A stretch of DNA of 32,000 nucleotides, taken from a cyanobacterium endosymbiont of Braarudosphaera bigelowii. GTDB lineage: Bacteria; Cyanobacteriota; Cyanobacteriia; Cyanobacteriales; Microcystaceae. This document shows, one piece after another, positions 10,932 to 20,967 of this stretch. The notes under the pieces were generated by a model, which saw only the letters and a program-made list of their open reading frames with translations, made no database searches and was not told where the DNA came from. The position numbers and the translations under genes are program-made. The stretch is from contig NZ_AP024987.1 of assembly GCF_020885515.1 (NCBI RefSeq), positions 630,001 to 662,000 of the forward strand, given 5' to 3'. Each line of letters starts with the position of its first letter. Positions within the stretch are counted from its first letter, which is position 1.

Positions 10932-11552
10932 CTAATTTTGCTTCTCAACTTGATTAAATTCTAGTTCAACCGGGGTATCTCTTCCAAAAATCGAAAGTAA
11001 TGCTCTAAGTTTGTTCTTTTCAGAACTAACTTCTACTACTTCTCCTTCGAAATCTTTAAATGGGCCCGAGAGTACCACAATTTTGTCACCAACTTCCATA
11101 TCAATTTTAATGATAGGTTCTGGTTGTTCTGTTTGTCTGAAAATCCGTTCTACTTCTGATGGACTAAGGGGAAGTGGCTTTACATGTCCACGCCCTCTAC
11201 CATAAGCTCGACGCTGTTCAGAACCAACAAAGTTAATTACATTGGGGGTACTTTTTATAACCAACCAAGTATCGTCATCCATGATCATTCTGACTAGTAT
11301 GTAACCGGGAAATACTTTTTCTGCTCCCTGTTGACGACTACCGTCTTTACGAACTTTGATTGTTGGCGTTTTTGGAATCTGAATTTGTAATATATTTCCA
11401 GCTGTATCCAAAGTTTGAACTCGCTGCTCTAAATTACTTTTTACTCGTTTTTCACAACCAGAAGCTACTTGCACAGCATACCAGCGAGCAACAGGTTTCT
11501 GTACATCTGAAAATTGCTCTAAATCTGGTGAATGATCATAAGTATAATTCAT
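10932..11552 (-). CDS. nusG: Transcription termination/antitermination protein NusG
   Basis: [41 protein letters not shown], and KOW segment [19 protein letters not shown]. Start chosen at MNYTYD (11552), overlapping the secE stop by one base; the ORF track extends to 11576. Confidence 0.93.
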   Translation of the reverse strand: MNYTYDHSPDLEQFSDVQKPVARWYAVQVASGCEKRVKSNLEQRVQTLDTAGNILQIQIPKTPTIKVRKDGSRQQGAEKVFPGYILVRMIMDDDTWLVIKSTPNVINFVGSEQRRAYGRGRGHVKPLPLSPSEVERIFRQTEQPEPIIKIDMEVGDKIVVLSGPFKDFEGEVVEVSSEKNKLRALLSIFGRDTPVELEFNQVEKQN

Positions 11553-11779
11553 TAAAACACCTTCCCTGATCCCCAAGTAAAGAAATTATCTACGAGATAG
11601 ATTACGGTGGCCACAAGACTTACCATTAGAATAACAGCAGCAGATTCGCTTAATAATTGCTGTCTTGATGGCCAAACAATTTTAGCCAATTCTTCCCTCG
11701 TATCAACTACGAAGTTTCTTGCTCTGGTGTCGCCTCTAGCTTGTTTCACATCTCTTTTAGATTCTTCTTTTCTTGTCAC
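11552..11779 (-). CDS. secE: Preprotein translocase subunit SecE
   Basis: 75 aa; ELAKIVWPSRQQLLSESAAVILMVSLVATVIYLVD matches the SecE core; immediately upstream of nusG. Confidence 0.93.
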   Translation of the reverse strand: MTRKEESKRDVKQARGDTRARNFVVDTREELAKIVWPSRQQLLSESAAVILMVSLVATVIYLVDNFFTWGSGKVF

Positions 11780-11965
11780 GATGATCTTTTCCCAACATAA
11801 AACGACGGTTTTTGTTACTGTATTGGATTCTTAGACGTAGAAACTAAAGAAATTACTCCTATTACACTCGGAATATTTAATATAGACCGAATATCGTTTC
11901 TAACTATTGTATCAATTAATTGATACAATAATTTTGCCTTAAAAGTACCGTATACCAATACAGGA

Positions 11966-12039
11966 TCGGAGCGGCGGGATTTGAACCCACGACCCCTACT
12001 ACCCCAAAGTAGTGCGCTACCAAGCTGCGCTACGCCCCG
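11966..12039 (-). tRNA. trnP-GGG: tRNA-Pro, anticodon GGG
   Basis: Minus strand CGGGGCGTAGCGCAGCTTGGTAGCGCACTACTTTGGGGTAGTAGGGGTCGTGGGTTCAAATCCCGCCGCTCCGA: 7-bp acceptor, D-arm, CTACT-TTGGGGT-AGTAG anticodon arm, GGTTCAAATCC T-arm. CCA not encoded. Confidence 0.95.
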
Positions 12040-12613
12040 ATATTCACAGAGATGTATTATACACTTATTATTGTAATAAAAGCAAGTTTAAAAATATTTA
12101 AACTTTTAATTACCTTGTCTAGCTTGTCAACAAATTCCAGTAGCTAATTTTCTTTATGACATTTTAAATAAGTTTCAGGCAATAAAAATTTAGTGATTTT
12201 CTTATTCCTAGCTATGAAACCTCGCTTTTTTATCTACCAACTTCCTATTGATAACACTTAATAAGTATATTAACTTTTTAAAGAAAGAAGTAATCTCCAA
12301 GCCGTTTAATTATTAGCTTTTTCATCCAATAATTAGTTTTCGAACATTCTAAGATAACTGTTTTTTCAAAATTAAAACAAAAAAGTTATCTATTATTTTG
12401 CTAAGTACTTAACCAAAAGTCTCAAATATATAGGTAAAACTTGTTTAACTACATATGGTAAATAATCAACCACGAATCAAGTTAGATTGCTTTACCAAAT
12501 ATTTAAAAAAAAAGTAATACTAATAGAGTATTAAAAATAATTCTTTAATAAGCTAAAGTTTATAATTAAAATATCTTAGTATATAAATAACTTTATTAGT
12601 AAGTCAAAATAAA

Positions 12614-12651
12614 AATTGCTAATTATTTAGCATCAAGAATAATTAGCAATT
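12614..12651 (-). terminator. Second of two tandem terminator-like hairpins downstream of rpoZ
   Basis: Perfect 14-bp dyad AATTGCTAATTATT (12614-12627) / AATAATTAGCAATT (12638-12651), followed on the minus strand by TTTTTATTTT. Confidence 0.65.
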
Positions 12652-12667
12652 AGCAACTTGATAAAAA

Positions 12668-12718
12668 ATAAAACTAACAAGTTCTTATTAATAGGTAATA
12701 AGAATTTGTTAGTTTTAT
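12668..12718 (-). terminator. Intrinsic terminator immediately downstream of rpoZ
   Basis: 22-bp dyad ATAAAACTAACAAGTTCTTATT (12668-12689) / AATAAGAATTTGTTAGTTTTAT (12697-12718) with one G.T; minus strand continues TTTTTTAT. Confidence 0.75.
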
Positions 12719-12731
12719 TCTTGTAATACAA

Positions 12732-12968
12732 TTAATCTCTTACATCACTAATAATTTCTGGCTGAGTTAGCTCATCTGACATTTCGATGATAGCTCGAAT
12801 TGCTGGCTTCATATGAACGTTATCAATATTATCAAATTCTTCATAACGCCGGCGTTTTGCTCTCATGGCTACCTGTACTGTTATACGATAACGATTAGAT
12901 GCTGCATCAAGTAGCTCTTGTGAACAATACATAATTTGGGAGGAATCAAAAGAATATTTTTTTAGCAT
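12732..12968 (-). CDS. rpoZ: DNA-directed RNA polymerase subunit omega
   Basis: [67 protein letters not shown] is cyanobacterial omega. Start set at internal Met [11 protein letters not shown] (12968), not the 140-aa ORF start. Confidence 0.92.
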   Translation of the reverse strand: MLKKYSFDSSQIMYCSQELLDAASNRYRITVQVAMRAKRRRYEEFDNIDNVHMKPAIRAIIEMSDELTQPEIISDVRD

Positions 12969-13542
12969 ACTTAATCCGAGTCTGATATCGAAATACAATG
13001 TAACATTCCTTTTTGGGATTGACAAACTTTTAGCTATATTATTCTCCATATTGCCCATTACACACAACAACAGATAAAATTCTGACCGAGAATATAAATG
13101 TGCACAGAAAAAATACTTATACTGCAAATGAAATTGTATAGTAGTATTATCCAAACTCTTAGGTCTTTAATATTAATAAATATTTTATTAATATTAAGTC
13201 AATTATCAAAGATAAAGACAAATTAATTCTCGATTATAACGGAATATATATTCATATTGAAAATGAGAAATAAGATTTAAGAGTTGTGTTGTTATTTAAG
13301 ATTATTTATTAATCAAAGAAGGTAAATACTATGTTCAGAAACTGAGTTAAATAAAAAAAATATTAATCTTACCGTCTAAGCTTTGAAATCGGAGTTATAT
13401 AATTTTAGGTTGTAGTTATCAATTTGAATGTTTTTTATATAAATACTGTAAATTTTTTCATATGTACTAAAGCGATCTTAAATGATTTATGTTATCTTGT
13501 GGCCATAGTTAAATGCTTTACAAAATCTAATTCTTATATTGC

Positions 13543-13974
13543 TTGGGAAATAATATTATGGTTCAAATTAAAGAAAATAAGATAAATAATACTGTTGTAA
13601 TTCCTTTTTCTGGAACCAATACAGAAAATTTATTAACAGAAAAACGTCCTTGGGGATCATTTACAACTTTAGAAGAAGGTCCAGGTTACAAGATTAAGAG
13701 AATAGAAGTCAACCCAGGACATAGACTTAGTTTACAGATGCATTATCATCGTAGTGAACACTGGATAGTTGTTTCTGGGACAGCTAAGGTAACTTGCGGA
13801 GATAGCGAGAAAATTTTAGGAGCCAATGAATCTACTTATGTGCCTCAGTGTACATCTCATCGCTTAGAGAATCCGGGAGTCATCAAATTAATTTTAATTG
13901 AAGTTCAAAATGGTGAATATTTAGGAGAAGATGATATTGTTCGTTTTCAAGATGATTATTCACGTCATAAATAG
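13543..13974 (+). CDS. Stand-alone cupin related to the C-terminal domain of type II phosphomannose isomerase / mannose-1-phosphate guanylyltransferase
   Basis: RPWGSFTTLEEGPGYKIKRIEVNPGHRLSLQMHYHRSEHWIVVSGTAKVTCG; no nucleotidyltransferase domain in the ORF. An upstream ATG at 13558 (MVQIKENK) is an alternative start. Confidence 0.88.
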   Translation: MGNNIMVQIKENKINNTVVIPFSGTNTENLLTEKRPWGSFTTLEEGPGYKIKRIEVNPGHRLSLQMHYHRSEHWIVVSGTAKVTCGDSEKILGANESTYVPQCTSHRLENPGVIKLILIEVQNGEYLGEDDIVRFQDDYSRHK

Positions 13975-13977
13975 TAA

Positions 13978-14017
13978 GACACAATATTTACTTCAATTTG
14001 TGTCGGCCAATTTTTTT
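13978..14017 (+). terminator. Probable terminator of the cupin gene
   Basis: GACACAA (13978-13984) / TTGTGTC (13998-14004), followed by GGCCAATTTTTTT. Confidence 0.55.
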
Positions 14018-14086
14018 CCATAAAGTCAAATCTAATTTATGCAAGTTTAGATAAAAAAATATTCAGATTATTTAAACGTTCTAAAT

Positions 14087-14111
14087 AAAAAAGAGGGATC
14101 CTTAGACCCCC
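14087..14111 (-). terminator. Probable psaC terminator
   Basis: Minus strand GGGGGTCTAAGGATCCCTCTTTTTTATTT: short GC-rich stem then U-rich tract, downstream of psaC. Confidence 0.6.
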
Positions 14112-14176
14112 GAGTAATATCGATTATAACAATAAGTTAAAATCGTTTTAATAATAGTGTATTAGATCACAATTAT

Positions 14177-14527
<351 letters not shown>

Positions 14528-14690
14528 TTAGATTATTTAATAGTTGGGAAAAGAAAACGAGGAAAAAAATATAATTACAACCTAATTAATAGTAAATATC
14601 TTTATATGTGACAAATATGAAACCATAAATTTAAGCTAAGTATTGTGATAATCTCAGAATATTTTATATATAAAACATTAGCAATTAGAT

Positions 14691-15077
14691 TTAACTTGAT
14701 TCATCCGTCTGGTTATCGTATGAATCAACTATCTCAACATCGACAGTACTAACTGGTATATTACGATGGAACTCATCGTTTTGACTTTCTAAAGTTTCTC
14801 CGCAATTAAGACAATAAGATTTCATATTTTTGAAGCCTGTTAGTTTACTATTGCATACAGGACAATTACCATAAACTAAATTATGTTTTAACCACCATTT
14901 AAATATTAGTAAGATAATTACTGGAATTATTGTTATAACGCCTAATATGACCAACAACCCATTAACTATCCAACTTAAGCCTACTAAACCTAGCAGAAGA
15001 ATTAGTAAAAGCAAGTTTACAAAACAGCTAGAACCAAAATTATTTATCGATAATAGCCTTGAAAAGTAACTATTCAT
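14691..15077 (-). CDS. Small membrane protein with C-terminal zinc-ribbon-like motif, unknown function
   Basis: 128 aa; strongly hydrophobic N-terminal half, then CPVCNSKLTGFKNMKSYCLNCG (CxxC...CxxC). Confidence 0.6.
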   Translation of the reverse strand: MNSYFSRLLSINNFGSSCFVNLLLLILLLGLVGLSWIVNGLLVILGVITIIPVIILLIFKWWLKHNLVYGNCPVCNSKLTGFKNMKSYCLNCGETLESQNDEFHRNIPVSTVDVEIVDSYDNQTDESS

Positions 15078-15417
15078 TATTAAGTATTTATATTTACTTA
15101 TACTTTTTCTTATTATTACATATATTTTAGATGCTAAAGATAATGAAAACTTAATATCGTTAATATAATATTAGTTTTACTATATCTATAACCCATAACA
15201 TTAAATGTTGAATAAATATATTAAATTTTCGTTAATCAATATATTTACTAGTGAAACTTAATTGTTTAATAATGATCTTGTTATTTAACTTCATGTGGAT
15301 GTTTAGTACTATTCAGTATCAATAAATAAAGTTCTACAATTTTATATATTACAAAAATACCAGGAAGAAATTAAGATGTTTAGTAACGATAGTATATTTA
15401 GGTAGAATCAATATAGG

Positions 15418-16476
15418 ATGAGAAAATTATATTTCCTGGTACCTGGAACAGATAAAAGTTTTTTTTGCGGTGGTCTTTTTGCAGAATTAAAAATTTTAAA
15501 CTTAGCAAAGGAAATTTGCCATTCAGAATTAGTTACCTATAGACAAAGAGAAATAGGTAACTTGTTTTTAGATGACATCTTAAAACAAGATGTTAAGAAC
15601 ATTATCTTTATAATTAGTTGGGGATTTGATATCCCCAACTTAATTAAGAAATTGAAGGGATGCAATGTAGTGTATCATGCGCATAGTAGCGGCTATAGAT
15701 TTAACATCCCTTCATATATTCCCATCATAACTGTTAGTCGTAATACAATGGGATATTGGGGGCAAAAAGCGCCTCATTCTCCAATTTATTACTTACCAAA
15801 TCAAATTTCAGATGAATTTCGTAACTTAAATTTAACGAGAGATATTGACGTTTTAGTACAAAAAAGAAAATCATCTCGATATTTATTAGAACAACTAGTT
15901 CCTCAATTACAAAGTAAATGCAGAGTAGTTTTGATATCCACTTTTGTTGAAGATATTACAAAACTTTTTAATCATTCAAAGGTTTATCTTTATGATTCTG
16001 CAGAATATTGGGCACAACACAGGGTGAGTGAAGGTTTTGGTTTACAGCCTATGGAAGCTATAGCTTGTGGTTGCCAAATTTTTTCAAGTTTAAACGGGGG
16101 ACTGTCGGATTATTTGGATCCAGAATTTAATTGTCAAAAAATAGCAATCTATTCTACAGGTTATGATATACAACGTATTCTTAAAACTATTAATAGTCCC
16201 ACTCCAAACATAATAAATGATTCATCTCAGTTATTAATAAATTATCGAGGTAAAAAAATTATTGAACGCTTGGAGGTTATATTAAATGAGATCAATCTAT
16301 TTTTTGACTATAAACCCCATTTCCCAAGTGATATTAAAATTTTATCAAAAGAAATATGGATTGAAGCTCTAACAAAAAAAATCTGGAACAAGTTAAGGTT
16401 TTATAAGAGATTTAAATTTTTCCATCCTTTTATAATATTGCCTTGCATAAGTAAACTTATCCCTTTTAGTAGTTGA
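15418..16476 (+). CDS. Glycosyltransferase-like protein (GT-B/family 1-like)
   Basis: 352 aa; C-terminal SEGFGLQPMEAIACGCQIFSSLNGGLSDYL matches the donor-binding motif pattern of GT-B glycosyltransferases. Confidence 0.75.
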   Translation: MRKLYFLVPGTDKSFFCGGLFAELKILNLAKEICHSELVTYRQREIGNLFLDDILKQDVKNIIFIISWGFDIPNLIKKLKGCNVVYHAHSSGYRFNIPSYIPIITVSRNTMGYWGQKAPHSPIYYLPNQISDEFRNLNLTRDIDVLVQKRKSSRYLLEQLVPQLQSKCRVVLISTFVEDITKLFNHSKVYLYDSAEYWAQHRVSEGFGLQPMEAIACGCQIFSSLNGGLSDYLDPEFNCQKIAIYSTGYDIQRILKTINSPTPNIINDSSQLLINYRGKKIIERLEVILNEINLFFDYKPHFPSDIKILSKEIWIEALTKKIWNKLRFYKRFKFFHPFIILPCISKLIPFSS

Positions 16477-18878
16477 AATTCTTTTAAATCAGGATTTTTT
16501 TCAATAGCAAGCTTTAAAGCCATTTCTGCTTTTTGAGGTTGCCAGTCATAGAGATAAACAAAAGCTAGATAAGCATAGTGGTAAGGGTTATTTTGATCTA
16601 ATTTAATTAACTGTTTTAAAGACTTTATTGTTTCTTCAGAGTTCTCTTGTAAAGCTTGAGATAATACTAATGCATAATTCCACTCTAAAGAATTATCCTC
16701 AATGTTTTTCTCTAACCGGTATTGCAATGAAGTTTCTGTCTGTTTTAAATAATCTTGAATAGGATCATATTGATTAAAACGACTCACTTTACTAAAAATT
16801 ATATCTAAGCCAGATATTCCTTGAGCTAAGTTAATAGAAGCCTGTCTCAGTTGAGTACTTAGATCTAATTCAGGTGAAGGAATAGGATTAGAACTATTGT
16901 TAATAGTTAAAGTGATGTCAGGAATATTTATTGGATAGCTTTCGTGAGTAACACGATTATAGTAAATTCCCTTAAGAATATATTCTCCATTTTCTACATG
17001 TCTAATAGGAAGCATTGCTGTGTTTTCTATAATTTTAAATCCACTATTCTCTTGATTATTATCCCATAACATTCCTTGTCCAATTCCATGATCGTGAATC
17101 CAAGCTATTTTATTGCTGTCTAAATTTTTATTGTGCCAAGACAATAAAACTAGCCCTTGTTGTAAATCCTTCCAATTACCCAACCATTCATATTTGACTG
17201 GTATAGGAGATTGTGAAGAAACTACATTAGGAATATCTATTTTGTTTAAGATAACTTTATCAATAGACTGATTTAGTTTATTGACTCTGATGGATCCTTC
17301 TCGACGATGATACAATTTTACTAAAGATTCATCAGGCATATTCCAAGTTTCAATAACCTTAAACTGAGGGTCAATATCTAACTTGTTAGCAAAATCTAAT
17401 TGATAATCTCTAGCGAATCCATTATCTCCTGTCTTAGTAACAAACCATTCAAAAGATTTTTTATCTTCTTCAAGATACGTAGTCTTATTTCCTAATTCTC
17501 TTCCATAAACTTGAGAATCTAATAATTGTCCGTAATAATTAACATTATTATGATTAATACTATCAGTATTAGCGATAACACCTAAATTAATAATTTTATA
17601 TGGTGTAGTTTGCTTAGCAGTCTTTATAACAGTATCAATAGGTATTTCTTTTCCTAAATAGGGATAAAATAGAGCTTTGGAATTGATAGATGATAATATC
17701 CGCATACCAGGAATAGGGAATAAATTTATAGTCATAGAAAAAATAGCTAGAATTAGGGTGATCCATTTAACAAATTTCCATTTTCCCTTCCATAAATTTA
17801 GGCAATAACCTAATAATGTTGCCAAAACCGGTAAATAAGGCATTATATATCTGCTGTCTTTATTAAAGATGGCAGAACAAATCAAATATGAACCGATCAA
17901 ATAAATTCCTAACCATTGAAATGATTCTATATCTTTTTTATCTCCTATACTATATTCAGGTTTTGAGAAACGTCTTAACAAATGTAAAAGTAGTCCTACT
18001 AAAGGAATTACAAGCGGAATAAATCCTGTTGCTGAAGGCAAATCATGCCAATAAAAAGTCCAAGCACTTAAAGTATTTAGTGGTGGGTCACCTTCATAAG
18101 TTGCAGGAATATCATTAGAGTTACGAATAGTACTAAATAAATAAATCCAATTTGTACTATACCAAGGTAACCATAAAAGACTAGAAACCAAAAAACTAAA
18201 GATTAACTGTATTATCCTTTCCCATTCTTGTTTCCACAAATAGCTAATCACCAACCAAATTAAAGGTACTGCGAGAAAGAACATAGTACTTTGTTTAGTT
18301 AATAAAGCAAGGCCTATGAATATTCCAAAAACAAATGACCATAACCATCTTTTTGATCTATTCCTTTCATACTTCCATATAGTTAAACAACAAAAAGACG
18401 CTATTGTAAAAGTTACTAAAGGTGTATCTATCAAAAATTGCAAACGATTTTCATATAAACGTGGAAAGATAACTGATAAACTTGCGCTCCAAAGTCCAAC
18501 TTTAGTACTAAATAATATTTTACCAATACTATAAATTGATATAATTAGTATTAGGCTATATAGAAAATTGGATAAGAGAGCTTGATCGTTTCCTAAACCA
18601 AATATTTTTTGAAAAAAGGCACCAATAATATATGTTAAAGGAGGGTATTTTGTTGATATTTTCCAGAAGTTGTGCCACCATTCTGGATTCAATAATTCTA
18701 AAGAATTTAAGCTATAAAAATACTGTAGAGATTTATTTAAATGATTACTTTGATCCCAAGCAGGTATAGACTTATCTAAAATTAGCCACAAACGATCAAA
18801 AATATTACTTCCCAGCCATATTAATCCTAAAATTATCCAAATTTTAATTTTATTTAAAGAAGATTTTTCTCTAGACAT
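16401..18878 (-). CDS. Glycosyltransferase family 39/ArnT-like membrane protein with C-terminal TPR region
   Basis: Many TM segments; N-terminal luminal-type motif PAWDQSNHLNKSLQYF, then SKYPPLTYIIG. C-terminal NPYHYAYLAFVYLYDWQPQKAEMALKLAIEKNPDLKEFQLLKGISLLMQG is TPR-like. Likely start MSREKSS (18878); ORF track begins 18932. Confidence 0.8.
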   Translation of the reverse strand: MSREKSSLNKIKIWIILGLIWLGSNIFDRLWLILDKSIPAWDQSNHLNKSLQYFYSLNSLELLNPEWWHNFWKISTKYPPLTYIIGAFFQKIFGLGNDQALLSNFLYSLILIISIYSIGKILFSTKVGLWSASLSVIFPRLYENRLQFLIDTPLVTFTIASFCCLTIWKYERNRSKRWLWSFVFGIFIGLALLTKQSTMFFLAVPLIWLVISYLWKQEWERIIQLIFSFLVSSLLWLPWYSTNWIYLFSTIRNSNDIPATYEGDPPLNTLSAWTFYWHDLPSATGFIPLVIPLVGLLLHLLRRFSKPEYSIGDKKDIESFQWLGIYLIGSYLICSAIFNKDSRYIMPYLPVLATLLGYCLNLWKGKWKFVKWITLILAIFSMTINLFPIPGMRILSSINSKALFYPYLGKEIPIDTVIKTAKQTTPYKIINLGVIANTDSINHNNVNYYGQLLDSQVYGRELGNKTTYLEEDKKSFEWFVTKTGDNGFARDYQLDFANKLDIDPQFKVIETWNMPDESLVKLYHRREGSIRVNKLNQSIDKVILNKIDIPNVVSSQSPIPVKYEWLGNWKDLQQGLVLLSWHNKNLDSNKIAWIHDHGIGQGMLWDNNQENSGFKIIENTAMLPIRHVENGEYILKGIYYNRVTHESYPINIPDITLTINNSSNPIPSPELDLSTQLRQASINLAQGISGLDIIFSKVSRFNQYDPIQDYLKQTETSLQYRLEKNIEDNSLEWNYALVLSQALQENSEETIKSLKQLIKLDQNNPYHYAYLAFVYLYDWQPQKAEMALKLAIEKNPDLKEFQLLKGISLLMQGNIIKGWKNLNLL

Positions 18879-19407
18879 AGAATATAAATTCTTGTTTTTT
18901 TTTAATAAAATAGTAAAGTAATTATAGATCAAAGTTTTGTTTTTCGTAGAATTTTATAAATAGTCTATACAAACATCCTAGCTATCTAATTTATATTAAT
19001 AAAAAGTTTGATTTTTAAAAAATTTAAATAAATTAAAAATAATTACTTTTGGTTTAAGAACATTAATATTTTTAGATAAAAAGATTTGATTCCATTCTAT
19101 CAATGGTTAAAGTAATCTACTTTGTTAAACAAAAAAAGAACTTGATTTAATTAAGTTAAGATTAAGAGATATTTTATATGCAAACTATATTCTATTATTA
19201 TTTGTAATAAAACCGAGAAATAGAAATCAATATTTGCTTCTAGCTATAATTTACTAGGATTTATTTTTTAAATTTATATAAATTTTTTAAGGTAATGATT
19301 GCTAAAGATATCTTATCGGAATTTTCTAATTTACAATAATTTTTTTAGAAATTGATGATTTTGACTACAGTAATAACTAATTAATTGATAAAAAGTATTT
19401 TAATTTT

Positions 19408-20331
19408 CTAATTACCCCGATGATTATTGTCGAAATGGATTCTTGTACCTGCCCACTGTAATTTATCTCTGAGAGTTTGATAAAAAGAATAATTTTCTCT
19501 TAGTACAATGAATTTTGCCATGAAATTTGCCATCCTAACTGAGATCCATTGCCCTGGCCAAATTGAAGTAGCTAAAGAAGCATCAGTCCATAATTTAGTA
19601 TGTAACTCATAATCTTCTAAAGGCCATATATCTACTACTGAACCAGGAGGAATAATTATGGGACGACTCGATAAGCTCAAAGGACAAATAGGAGTAACTG
19701 CAATAGCATCAATTCCAGGATGAATAATTGGCCCGTTAGCTGAGGCTGTATAACATGTAGATCCAGTTGGTGTAGCTACTAATAAACCATCTCCTTGATA
19801 TTGATCTACAATTTCTCCATCTACCTCTAGCTCTAGAATAGCAGTAGGCATTCTATCGATACTTGCAGGTTTAACACACATTTCATTAAGACAGTAAAAG
19901 CGCTCACTACTAATTTTAGGAGCATAACGATCACCTTTAAAAATTCGCGCTTCTAACATCATGCGCTGTAACATTGCATAGCGATCATTTTGGAGACGAT
20001 GCCAAACTTGCTCTGTATTCTTAAACAATTCAAAAGGTTCAGTTAAGAATCCTAAATTTCCACCTATGTTTATTGCTAATATAGGAATACCTTCTGGAGC
20101 TAATTGTCTTGCAGCAGCCAAAACTGTACCATCTCCACCTAATATAATAGCAAGGTCAATTTTTTCCGAAACAGAGGAAAGGAATACTGGGTAAGGATTA
20201 TCTTTATAACCACTCGGGCCCATCAAAACCTTACACTTAAGAGCTTCTAATTGCTTGGCGCAGGTTTGGGCCCAAGTTCTGCTATGAGTATCTCCTGCTT
20301 TATGAGCAATAATAACTTGTTTAAGTTCCAC
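19408..20331 (-). CDS. NAD(+) kinase
   Basis: LAIILGGDGTVLAAARQLAPEGIPILAINIGGNLGFLTEPF and GLLVATPTGSTCYTASANGPIIHPGIDAIAVTPICPLSLSSRPIIIP. Probable GTG start at 20331 (VELKQVIIAHKAGD); ORF track extends to 20400. Confidence 0.9.
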   Translation of the reverse strand: MELKQVIIAHKAGDTHSRTWAQTCAKQLEALKCKVLMGPSGYKDNPYPVFLSSVSEKIDLAIILGGDGTVLAAARQLAPEGIPILAINIGGNLGFLTEPFELFKNTEQVWHRLQNDRYAMLQRMMLEARIFKGDRYAPKISSERFYCLNEMCVKPASIDRMPTAILELEVDGEIVDQYQGDGLLVATPTGSTCYTASANGPIIHPGIDAIAVTPICPLSLSSRPIIIPPGSVVDIWPLEDYELHTKLWTDASLATSIWPGQWISVRMANFMAKFIVLRENYSFYQTLRDKLQWAGTRIHFDNNHRGN

Positions 20332-20915
20332 TTCTATACACTTAGTAATAATCTTACTTAAATAATTAAGCTTAACTTCAATATTAAAGTAGAGTTGCAA
20401 GAAAATTCATAATATCCTACTTAAGATTTAAAAGAAAGATTTTTCAAAAAAAACTGAAAAATTAAAAGCTTACAACATACATATATTTGCATTTAATAAA
20501 GAATGACTTAATACCTCAAAAACTAACATTTTAAAAAATATCTTATGTATGAAGTATATCTTTTACTATCTTGAATAATAATTAATTAATGTACATAATG
20601 ATTATTATCTATAAAAGTCACGTATATCTTTAAACAAAGTATATATAAGAAGAAGGCATAAGATCTAAAAAAGTATTTTTGTTATTAAACAAGAATATTT
20701 CTCTTGACGTTTCATTTTAATAAGTTTGCTATTTATATTCAAGTCTAAAATAGCTATATAGTTTTACTAATATTTTTTAGGAATAAAGAACTTTTTCATA
20801 TAGTTTTAATATAGTAAAACTATCCGAAACAAAGTATTACTTTAAAACAAGTACTTAGTTGAGGATAGCTTAATCTTATTTTAATCCTGATACAAGATTA
20901 TTTAACTAAAACTGA

Positions 20916-20967
20916 ATAGTCGACAAGGTATTGATTTTTCTAAATCAATACCTTGTCACTAGACTAT
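20916..20967 (-). terminator. Strong hairpin directly abutting the psaD stop codon, no U-tract
   Basis: GACAAGGTATTGATTT (20922-20937) / AAATCAATACCTTGTC (20942-20957), perfect 16 bp with 4-nt loop, extended by ATAGTC (20916-20921) / GACTAT (20962-20967). Confidence 0.65.

Noticed and set aside
11011-11205. Plus-strand ORF opposite nusG, with similar ones at 11360-11569 and 11607-11834
   Set aside because: All antisense to nusG or secE with no protein-like features.
12969-13154. N-terminal extension of the rpoZ ORF
   Set aside because: Known cyanobacterial omega subunits start near the conserved FDSSQIMY; the extension looks non-coding and rich in K/N/Y/F.
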